From contig JACRAE010000005.1 in the NCBI GenBank assembly GCA_016213525.1, positions 145,405-209,404 on the forward strand: a DNA stretch of 64,000 bases, read 5' to 3'. This document shows, in pieces, positions 42,325 to 50,600 of this stretch (the first letter of the stretch is position 1; the number at the start of each line of letters is the position of its first letter). Under the pieces are notes generated by a model. It worked only from the letters and a program-made list of their open reading frames with translations. It made no database searches and was not told the origin of the DNA. Both the position numbers and the translations under genes were made by a program. The stretch comes from Candidatus Aenigmatarchaeota archaeon. Lineage in GTDB: Archaea > Aenigmatarchaeota > Aenigmatarchaeia > CG10238-14 > SCSR01.

Positions 42325-42636
42325 TCACTTGTAGCGTTTCCTGTAAGAATAGTTGCAGTTGGTGCATTTTATAGATACGGTCTTGGCCTCCTCGTCGAGG
42401 CGCGTCCGCTTAGTCTTGCCCGGTACGAGTACGGCGTTGCACTTCCTGCAGAAAAGGCCCTTCTCCTCGGCCGTGAGGCGCACGTTGTACCTGGTCCCTA
42501 TCTTCCTGGCGAGCTCGACGTACCTACTGCTCCTCTTCAGGTCTTCCCTCTGCTCCCTCGCGAGACCCAGCAAAATCTCTATCCTCTCCCTCGCGAGCCT
42601 CACCTGCCACTCCGGCCTCGCGCCCCTGGTCTGCAT
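42325..42636 (-). CDS. rnp4: RNase P protein component Rpp21 (Rnp4)
   Basis: Start at MQTRGARPEW (ATG 42636). ARERIEILLGLAREQ...SSRYVELARKIGTRYNVRL..EEKGLFCRKCNAVLVPG...IKCTNCNY (Zn ribbon). The first 37 codons overlap the tail of 42524..44497 in another frame. Confidence 0.8.
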   Translation of the reverse strand: MQTRGARPEWQVRLARERIEILLGLAREQREDLKRSSRYVELARKIGTRYNVRLTAEEKGLFCRKCNAVLVPGKTKRTRLDEEAKTVSIKCTNCNYSYRKRYK

Positions 42637-44497
42637 ATTCCTTAGTCTCCCTTTTTCTGAAGATAACCTTTCTCTTGATGTAGACAACAGACCCGGCAAT
42701 GGCGACCGAGACCAGGCCGAGGAATGTCGCCGGGTTCGGCGAGCCGTCCGCGGCCACGAGCATGCCTGTAACACCGCCCAGCGACTTGCCGTCGATGCCG
42801 AGGGCGAACAGTCCCGTTATGGGGTTGGACTGGGGCCGGGATGCCGGGGGAGAGAACGAGGCCGCGTCGGACGTCCTCCTGACCGGCTGCTCCACCTCCA
42901 CCGGCCCCTCTACCGGGGCGGCCTCTTCAATCGGCTGCTCGATCGCCACCTCCTCCTGAACGGGCTGCGCCTGCTGCGGGGCCGGGGACGCGGGACTCCT
43001 GGAAGACCTGCCGCCACCGCCGGAGGACGCGGCGGCCGGCGGAGGGGAGAGGGTCGCGGTCACAATGGAGACGTTCGACGCGGGGCTGAACGATACGGAG
43101 CCGGACAGGGCGCCGCTGGCCGAAGAGAAAAGGTAGGGGCCGAAGACGAGCCTGCCGGTGCTATTCGCCACATATTCGGTTATCGTCACGACGTCCGAGT
43201 CACCCCCTGAGCCTGAAGTCCCGCCGATGGACTGCGTCGGGTTGTCCGTCTGGGTCGTCTGGTTGCCGTCGGTCACGTTCAGGCTCGCCCCGGTGATGGG
43301 TTGGGAAGTCTGGTCGACCGATCTGAACGACATCTTCCTCTGGACGAATATCTTTCCGTCCGACCCGGCGGAGAAGGCTATGTCGCCCTCGTCGAGGCTC
43401 GAGTTCACAAAATAATTTCTGGTGGAGAAGCCGATGTTGTCGTCCTTGACGTCCGTCGACGAGGCCGCGCTTATCGCGGAGTCCCGGAAAGTGTTGTTCC
43501 CGCTGCTCGCCGTCAGGAATACGCCGTAGCCCGACGGCTGGAGGACGTTTATCGTTATCCGGGACAGCACGTTGTGGTTTGAGCCGTCGAAGAACATCCC
43601 GGATTCGGGACCGCCGTCCGCGTCTATTGTGTTGGACTGGATGCGGTTGCCGTCGCTCGTCCTAATCCTGATTCCGTGGTTCTCGCCGGACCCGGTCGAG
43701 TCGCCCGTGCGTATCGAGTTGCCGTCGACCGAGCTGGACGTGACGTCCACCATCGATATCCCGTAGTTGCCGTCGGTCCCGTTCGTGGTAACATTGTTCG
43801 AGGACACAGAGGCGCCTGAGAGGAGGTTCATGCCTATTCCGAAGTTCTCCGCCCCGCCGGACGTGCTGACGGCGTTGCCCTTGACTATGTTGTCGTTGCT
43901 GCCGTCGATGTATATCCCGTAGTTTGACTCGTCGCCGTCCGTGAATATGGCGTTGTTCTCCAGCGTATTGTTCGTCGACGAGAACTCGATGAACATCCCG
44001 TAGTTGGAGCTACCGGGCCCTCCCGTACGCACAGCGTTTGACGAGGCCGTGCAGGACGTCGAGGAGTAGAGGTGCAGCCCCCACCCGTTGTTGGTCGACA
44101 TCGTGTTCGTGAGCGTGTTGTTCCTGAGAGTGAAGTTAGTCACGGACGTCGCCTCCACGGCGGACGTGGAAGAGCCCGTGCCGTTGTAAATTACCGTGAA
44201 ACCCTCCAGGACGGAGTCGCCGGATACGACGCTGACCGTCGGGGATGCGGAGTCGGACCATATCGTGGCGTTGCCGGTTGACCTGAGGGCGACGCTCTTG
44301 TTCAGCAGGATCTGCCCCCCGTACTCGGCGGAGTCCGTCACGACGACCTCTCCCCCGGATGCGGCGTTGTTTATCGCCTCCTGTATCGAGGCGAAGTCGC
44401 AGCCGGACAGGCACACCGTGCTGGCCTGCGAGCCCGAGGAGAAGGCTATAAATGACAGTGAGAAGGCCAGACATGCCAAAAGCTCGTTTTTCCTCAT
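42524..44497 (-). CDS. secreted parallel beta-helix (PbH1/NosD-like) protein with P/A/S-rich stalk and C-terminal TM anchor
   Basis: Sec signal MRKNELLACLAFSLSFIAFSSGSQAS. STVCLSGCDFASIQEAINNA. Repeats ESNYGIYIDGSNDN, DGNYGISMVDV, GENHGIRIRTSDGN. Stalk PPPAAASSGGGGRSSRSPASPAPQQAQP. Anchor FLGLVSVAIAGSVVYIKRK. Confidence 0.85.
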   Translation of the reverse strand: MRKNELLACLAFSLSFIAFSSGSQASTVCLSGCDFASIQEAINNAASGGEVVVTDSAEYGGQILLNKSVALRSTGNATIWSDSASPTVSVVSGDSVLEGFTVIYNGTGSSTSAVEATSVTNFTLRNNTLTNTMSTNNGWGLHLYSSTSCTASSNAVRTGGPGSSNYGMFIEFSSTNNTLENNAIFTDGDESNYGIYIDGSNDNIVKGNAVSTSGGAENFGIGMNLLSGASVSSNNVTTNGTDGNYGISMVDVTSSSVDGNSIRTGDSTGSGENHGIRIRTSDGNRIQSNTIDADGGPESGMFFDGSNHNVLSRITINVLQPSGYGVFLTASSGNNTFRDSAISAASSTDVKDDNIGFSTRNYFVNSSLDEGDIAFSAGSDGKIFVQRKMSFRSVDQTSQPITGASLNVTDGNQTTQTDNPTQSIGGTSGSGGDSDVVTITEYVANSTGRLVFGPYLFSSASGALSGSVSFSPASNVSIVTATLSPPPAAASSGGGGRSSRSPASPAPQQAQPVQEEVAIEQPIEEAAPVEGPVEVEQPVRRTSDAASFSPPASRPQSNPITGLFALGIDGKSLGGVTGMLVAADGSPNPATFLGLVSVAIAGSVVYIKRKVIFRKRETKEYADQGREAGVAGEAREGEDRDFAGSREGAEGRPEEEQ

Positions 44498-44605
44498 ATT
44501 CCAGTCCCTAGCGCCCCGCGCGCATAGTACTGTTAGGGCAGGTCGGTTTTTTAAGCGTTTGCGGTCCTGTTATATAGGCGTCTTCCGTCCCAGAATAAAA
44601 TGCAG

Positions 44606-44679
44606 TGGGGTCGCCGTGATTTGAACACGGGTTTCGTGGCCCCAAACCACGAGGCCTAACCAAGCTAGCCGACGACCCC
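44606..44679 (-). tRNA. tRNA-Pro (anticodon UGG)
   Basis: Reverse complement GGGGTCG-TC-GGCTAGCTTGGTTAGGCC-T-CGTGG-TTTGGGG-CCACG-AAAC-CCGTG-TTCAAAT-CACGG-CGACCCC-A. Perfect 7-bp acceptor stem, anticodon loop TT-TGG-GG, T-loop TTCAAAT. No intron, CCA not encoded. Confidence 0.9.
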
Positions 44680-44754
44680 TCAGAAAAATATTGTCTTCGC
44701 CTGTTTAAGAAAACGTCCCCGCCGCGCGCCCGGGATACCGCACGCGCCGAAAAT

Positions 44755-45135
44755 TCACTTGAGAGGCTCCATGTAGAAGTGCTCGGTCCTGATGCCGCGC
44801 CCCCTGTAGGACATGACCTTCTCCGCATGCCTGAACTCGACCTCATGGAGCAGCTTAAGGTATCCCAGCTGGTACGCCTGTCCGGGCCTCATGCCCGTCG
44901 TGAACAGGTAGCCGGGGGCTCTCTCCATATCGCGGCACAGATCGTTCAGCGAGCAGTCCTTGCAGTCCTCCTCGGACGGCAGTATCCTAACCACGGTCGA
45001 GTCTGGCAGCCTGGCGTCCCTCATCCAGTTAGGACCGGCCTCCATATTCCCGGCGAGCTCCGAATAAAGGTCCATTGTCTGGTGGGACACGAGCCACTTT
45101 ACCTCGTTCAACGGCACCGCTATCTCCTCTGGCAT
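44755..45135 (-). CDS. hypothetical protein
   Basis: Start moved to ATG 45135 (MPEEIAVPLNE), because the track's longer ORF runs through the tRNA gene. 126 aa, C-x2-C-x6-C patch (CKDCSLNDLC). No family recognised. Confidence 0.5.
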   Translation of the reverse strand: MPEEIAVPLNEVKWLVSHQTMDLYSELAGNMEAGPNWMRDARLPDSTVVRILPSEEDCKDCSLNDLCRDMERAPGYLFTTGMRPGQAYQLGYLKLLHEVEFRHAEKVMSYRGRGIRTEHFYMEPLK

Positions 45136-45200
45136 GGTTAGGAATCCCCATTTCCAGTATTTATCCTGTTCGGACGGGATGCGTCCTAGAAGATGTGAAG

Positions 45201-45274
45201 TGGGCGAGGCGGGATTTGAACCCGCGTCTTGTCCACCCCAAGGACAAAGCCTAACCAAGCTAGCCGACTCTCCC
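45201..45274 (-). tRNA. tRNA-Pro (anticodon GGG)
   Basis: Reverse complement GGGAGAG-TC-GGCTAGCTTGGTTAGGC..TGTCC-TTGGGGT-GGACA-AGAC-GCGGG-TTCAAAT-CCCGC-CTCGCCC-A. Anticodon loop TT-GGG-GT. One A4:G69 mismatch in the acceptor stem. No intron, CCA not encoded. Confidence 0.85.
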
Positions 45275-45313
45275 AATTCAATATTAATTGTTGGCTTCAC
45301 AATCTTAATTAAC

Positions 45314-46585
45314 ATGTCCTATGAGACCATAGTCGGCAGGAGCAAGGACGACTTCGAGAAGTACCAGGCGCAGGGCACGGGATACGTCGGAAAGCACATC
45401 GTCGGCACGGGCGAGGACGCCCACATGACGACGAAGGTGATGTTCGACCTGCTGAGGCCCCATATGATACTTATCACCGGCAAGAGAGGCACGGGCAAAT
45501 CGTACCTCGGAGGCATCCTAGTCGAAGAGTTCTGCCAGCTCCCCGAGGAGACGAGGAAGAACATGGCGGTAGTTTTGATAGACACGATGGGCATATTCTG
45601 GAGCATGAAGTTCCCAAACGAGCAGCAGTTCCAGGACCTGGAGGGCTGGAAGCTGCAGCCTAAGGCGATGGACAACGTCAAGGTCTACGCGCCGCAGGCC
45701 CAGATGGCGGAGTTCGAGGCGTCCGGGATACCGGTCGACCACGGGTTCTCGATAGCGCCCTACGAGTTCAGCGCCGAGGACTGGCTCCTCGCGTTCAACC
45801 TCTCGAGGACGGACCCGGTCGGGATAGCCCTTGAGAAGAACATAAACCAGATGTTCGAGAAGGGCGACAAGTTCTCCATATCGGACATGATAACGAAAAT
45901 CAGGGACGACTCGGACACCTCGACGGACGTGAAGAACGCAGCCGAGAACCTCCTAACGGTGGCGAACCAGTGGGGGGTGTTCAGCGAGGAGGGCGCGAAC
46001 GTGGACTTCATGGTCCAGCCGGGCCAGGTCAGCGTGGTCGACGTCTCGAGGCTCAGGTCCTCGCAGGCGTGGAGCGTGAGGAACCTCCTTGTCGCGATCA
46101 TAGCGAGGAGGATATACCAGATGCGCCTCGTGGCGAGGAAGGAGGAGGAGATAGCGAAGATCACCGGCGAGCCCGTCAAGGACAAGAAGCCGCTCGTCTG
46201 GATGGTCATCGACGAGGCGCACAACTTCATACCCTCGGAGTACGACACCGTGTCCTCCGAGCCGCTGAAGGTGATATCGAAGCAGGGGAGGGAGCCGGGA
46301 GTCAGCCTGACCGTAATTACGCAGATGCCCAACAAGATACACCAGGACATACTCTCACAGACGGACGTCGTGTTCTCCTATCGCCTGACGTCGAGGGACG
46401 ACCTGGCCGCCCTGCATTCGGTGATGCAGACCTACCACTCCGACGACCTCTGGAAGTACATCAGCACGCTGCCGAGGTGGCCCGGGGCCGCGATAGTCCT
46501 GGACGACAACCTGGAGAAGATATTCACGGTCGCGATAAGGCCGAGGCTCTCGTGGCACGCGGGCGGCACCGCGGTCGTGATGTGA
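45314..46585 (+). CDS. HerA/FtsK-superfamily (DUF87-like) P-loop ATPase
   Basis: Start at ATG 45314 (MSYETIVG). Walker A ILITGKRGTGKSY, Walker B VWMVIDEAHNFIP, then LTVITQMPNKIHQDILSQTDVVFSYRLTS, typical of HerA-clade ATPases. No TM segment, no HAS barrel recognised. Confidence 0.8.
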   Translation: MSYETIVGRSKDDFEKYQAQGTGYVGKHIVGTGEDAHMTTKVMFDLLRPHMILITGKRGTGKSYLGGILVEEFCQLPEETRKNMAVVLIDTMGIFWSMKFPNEQQFQDLEGWKLQPKAMDNVKVYAPQAQMAEFEASGIPVDHGFSIAPYEFSAEDWLLAFNLSRTDPVGIALEKNINQMFEKGDKFSISDMITKIRDDSDTSTDVKNAAENLLTVANQWGVFSEEGANVDFMVQPGQVSVVDVSRLRSSQAWSVRNLLVAIIARRIYQMRLVARKEEEIAKITGEPVKDKKPLVWMVIDEAHNFIPSEYDTVSSEPLKVISKQGREPGVSLTVITQMPNKIHQDILSQTDVVFSYRLTSRDDLAALHSVMQTYHSDDLWKYISTLPRWPGAAIVLDDNLEKIFTVAIRPRLSWHAGGTAVVM

Positions 46586-47437
46586 TCAGCGGGCGTACGC
46601 CTTCAGCCTGTCTATGATCTCGTGCATCTTCATGTCGGTTATGTCGCCCTTGACGAAGCGGTAGTCCCTCCCGGCGAAGTGCACGTCCTCCCTCAGCCTC
46701 TTCACGGCCTTCTTGAGGTCGTCGTCCGCGCCGGACTCCATGAAGCCGCTGTAGTGGCTGTGGAACACCTCGATTATGTCGGACCCCATGAAGTAGTCCC
46801 TCTCCGACCCGAGGTCCATGAGGTCTATCATGAAGTCCTTGACGTGGTCCCTGTAGGCGGTCTTCGGCTCGATTATCGCCGCGGAGGCCGTCAATACAGG
46901 GTCCTTCTTTTCAGCCTTCGTTTTTTTGGCCCTCTCCATCTGTTCTTTCCAGTCGTTCATTTCGTCGCTGAGCCTGTAGCGCTTCGATATTTCGTCGACG
47001 AAAAAAATAGTCTTGCTCGGCAGGCTGGTCATTGCGACGTCGTTTTTCTTCTTCCTTATCCCGTATCTCGAGCGCAGGCTCTTCAGCTGCTGCCTCACTC
47101 CGGTGTCCTTGGTCAGGAAGTTCAGGTCGTTCATTATCGGAGTCAGCTTCTCGTTCAGGTACGACGGGTCCTCCTTCAGGTCGAACAGGTATTCCAGGAG
47201 GCTCCTGACCTCGGTCCTCATCCTGAGGGAGTAGTCCAGGCCGACGTCGTTCAGGATGAATTCGTAGTTCCCAAGCAGGAAGTCCGTCCCAGGAAAGTAG
47301 CGGGTGTTGTTCGCCAGGTGGGCGCCGTTGTCGTTTATCTTCTTCGGGTACTCCGATATTTTCTTCAGGCTGGAGAGCACGAAATTCCTGCCCTCGTCGT
47401 CCAAAGAAACCTTTGTCGGGGCGTATTCCTTCTCCAA
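46586..47437 (-). CDS. hypothetical protein
   Basis: 283-aa ORF, Lys/Asp/Glu-rich. Last gene of the minus-strand string that starts with the pilin-like ORF at 54999. Its stop codon abuts the HerA-like stop (tgatca). No motif recognised. Confidence 0.55.
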   Translation of the reverse strand: MEKEYAPTKVSLDDEGRNFVLSSLKKISEYPKKINDNGAHLANNTRYFPGTDFLLGNYEFILNDVGLDYSLRMRTEVRSLLEYLFDLKEDPSYLNEKLTPIMNDLNFLTKDTGVRQQLKSLRSRYGIRKKKNDVAMTSLPSKTIFFVDEISKRYRLSDEMNDWKEQMERAKKTKAEKKDPVLTASAAIIEPKTAYRDHVKDFMIDLMDLGSERDYFMGSDIIEVFHSHYSGFMESGADDDLKKAVKRLREDVHFAGRDYRFVKGDITDMKMHEIIDRLKAYAR

Positions 47438-47480
47438 TAGACCGCCTTAGGATACTATGGTGCGGAACGGATAAATATTT

Positions 47481-47699
47481 TCAGCCTTTGATCTTCGCCG
47501 CGGCTATGTGGGAGCACTCCCTGTTGGTCAATGCCGAGTATCGGCAGTCGCACGTCCACTCCGCCTTCCTCTTGTCGTATATCACGGAGTGCGTGTCCGT
47601 GTCGCCCTCGACGGAGAAGTGCGTCCTGTTCTGGGTGTCCATGACCTTCCTCACCTTCCCGCCGTCGACCAGGCGCTGCGCCTTGTTCGGGTCCCTCAT
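47481..47699 (-). CDS. SWIM-type zinc-finger mini-protein
   Basis: 72 aa. WTCDCRYSALTNRECSHIAA matches C-x-C-x(n)-C-x-H (SWIM). The ATG directly follows the stop codon of the giant ORF (0-nt spacer). Confidence 0.7.
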   Translation of the reverse strand: MRDPNKAQRLVDGGKVRKVMDTQNRTHFSVEGDTDTHSVIYDKRKAEWTCDCRYSALTNRECSHIAAAKIKG

Positions 47700-50600
47700 C
47701 TAGCAGCCCCTCACGCTCACCAGCGCCACCGTCCCCTGCCTCCCCGTCTTCTCTATGCATATCCTGTGGCTCCCCTTGCCGAACTTGTCGGTCCCGTTCA
47801 GCGCTATCCTGCCGTACTGCAGTTCCATGTGCAGCATGCCGTCGCCAGATATCAAATACGATCCAAAGGGCCTCGTCGGGAGCCCCAGGCGCGTCACCGC
47901 CTCGCTCTGGTTCGCCACCACCGCGCAGGACGCCGCCGAGAACGGCACCACTGACCTGAGGGCGCCGAGTGATGTGATGTTGAATCTGTACTCGGACGCC
48001 GCCGCGTCGTTGCACAGCGAGACGAAGCTGCCCTCGTCGCCGGAGTAGACTATACCGGAGGACCTTGTCGAGGAGAGCTCGGACTGGTCGTACGAGCAGG
48101 CGTAAAGGTAGGAAGTGTTCTGCCTGGTGTAGCAGGCCGATGCGGGAGACGTCGAAGTCGATACCGTTCCTTCGCTGGTGCCGTTGATGAATATCATGCG
48201 CATGTCATAGTCCGCGCCCTCGAAGGTGTTGTTGTGGTCCGTGAGGTTGAACGCTGCCGACTGCACGCCTTCTGCCGAGGCGACCCTGTGCCACTTTCCC
48301 CCGACTGTCCTGTTCGCGCCGCCGAGGTAGAGCTGGTAGACTTCGTCTGGAGAGAGGGTTCTGTTTGTTATAATTACTTCGTCTATGGAACCGTTGAAAT
48401 AGCGGCTTTGGCCGAAGGTGTCAGACCCTATTCTGACACCCTGGGAATTTAGTTGCGTGTTCGCTCCCGAAAGCGCTGGACTAGCCACTAAAGTACCATT
48501 CACATAGAAGAATGATGTTGTTGTGTTATATGACCAAGTAACATGGGTCCATACATTATTTGGAATTATGTAATTTGCTGATACGTCATTGCTGTAAAAT
48601 CCCGCAGAAAGTCCACTTACGCCATTATAGTTGGCATAGAGCCATCTTGACTGATTTGTGTTAGTAGACCCATAGACTACAATCGGTCCGTCTCCACTTC
48701 CCCTATAATAAATCCATGCTGCTATTGTGTGGGGAGAATTACCGAGAGGTAGAGAGCTTGGATTTAAGTTGTTTACATAGTCATTTGTACCGTCGAAGAA
48801 CATACATCTCCCAAAATTATTTTTACAAGACGAGTTGGTCATCCATATTGCACCATTGATTACGCCGCCACCGTTCCCAAGTCCACTTGAGTCCGTTACG
48901 TTCAACGTCGAGTTGTCGTTGAACCTATAGTGCAGCACGGTACCAGCAGGAGTGACCGGCTGCAGCGTGGTGTTCGAGTCCTCCACGCCAAAGTACCTGT
49001 ACGTCTTTCCAGATGCGGCGGTGCCGAAGTCGTCGTAGTACCTCGTGACTTCGCGCTGGTAGTGCTCGCGGATCTCGGTGTCTGTGAGGGCGCGAGGATA
49101 CAATCTTACTTCATCAATCGTGCCGTTCCAACTTCTCTCGTTGAACGGGGTCTGTGCCCCTATCTTTGTCGAATAGGAACCGCCGGTACATATCGTTCCT
49201 ATGGTACCGCCACCACCGGATTGTATCCCATTGATGTATATCTGGGCTTTGTTTCCCTTATGAGTCACGGCCACGTGATACCATGTATTGAGTGACAATG
49301 CGTCCACACCATCGACATTAGTCCAACCACTACCCACAACATAAAACCACGCCCTCAGCACGCCTGTACTAGTCGTTGTATACAGACCGTACCCGCAATT
49401 GTCAGCTACAGTGTTCTTTGTAAAAATTGCCTTTAAGCCTTGGCCAGCAGTCGGTATCTGATTAGGATTTACCCAGGCTTCTATGGTCAGATCACCGGAT
49501 ATGTCAAAAATCGAGCTACTCGAAAGATTGACGTTATTGAATCCACCGTCGAAGCTCATGCAGCTGCCGAACTTGCATGATGAGTTTGAAATCCAGGTCG
49601 CGTTCACGGTACCCGTGTTCCCGTTCCCGCTCGAGTCAGTCGCGTTCAGGCCGGAGCCCTCGTCGAGGCGCCAGATTCCAGAAGCGCCGCCGTCATAGTT
49701 GAAGAGCAGCGAGGAATCGTGCTGCGTGACTCCGGACAGCGGGTTCGTCGAGTTCCAGGAGGCAGGATACCTAATGATTACGATTCCAGAGCCTCCTGTA
49801 CCACCAACGCCTCCGGCACCGCTTGCGAATGAAGCACCGCCGCCTCCACCGCCCGTGTTGGCGGTGCCGTCTGCTCCATTGTTGTTTCCGCCACCCGCGC
49901 CGGCATTACCGCCTCCTCCCGACCCGCCCGAACCGGACGTGCCACCCGTCCAAGTTCCACCGCCGCCTCCACCAGCCCTGTACACCAAGGTGCCGTTTAT
50001 GCTGCTCGCCAGTCCAGACCCTCCATTACCGCCTACCGTATTGCTTGGCGCCGTCTGGCCTACTGCACCAGCCCCGCCACCACCGCCATGGGGATAATTG
50101 CCGCCACATGCCGAGTATCCCGTGCCACCACTGTTTCCCTGGCCAGGCGTCCCCGCCACTGGAGACAGGGCACACGCGCTCCCTCCTCCCGAACCTCCAT
50201 GGGACCCGATGCCGGGCCCTCCCGAAGTGTCTCCTCCCCCTCCTCCCTTAGATTCAATGGTGTCGAAACTTGAGTTGGTCCCGTTCAAACCTTCGTTGAC
50301 ACTATCCACGCCTCCTCCCCCACCAGCCCCGATTACTATCGGATATGACCTGGAGGTTACTCTGTGGCCCGTTCCTGCCAAATAACCCCCGGCACCACCA
50401 CCGCCCCCGTATTTTCCACCACCACCTCCCCCTCCCGCTATCACAAGATATTCAACATTACCCGAGCCGCTAGTCACGTTGAACGTCCCGTTCGATGTGA
50501 ACGTGTGTATCTTGTAGCCGTCCGCGTACGTGACGTTGCCGCCCGTTGCTATTATTCCAGGAAGGTCGTACCACGTCAGCGTGCTGTTCGCCACGGACTC

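Noticed and set aside
42524-42700. A PGF-CTERM/archaeosortase sorting signal at the C-terminus of the anchored beta-helix protein.
   Set aside because: The segment reads PNPATFLGLVSVAIAGSVVYIKRK followed by a tail of about 45 aa. There is no PGF tripeptide and the tail is much longer than in known sorting signals. I report it only as a TM anchor.
44606-45313. An integrated mobile element at the tRNA-Pro genes.
   Set aside because: There is no integrase or transposase, no duplicated tRNA 3' fragment, only one small ORF between the tRNAs, and housekeeping genes directly flanking.
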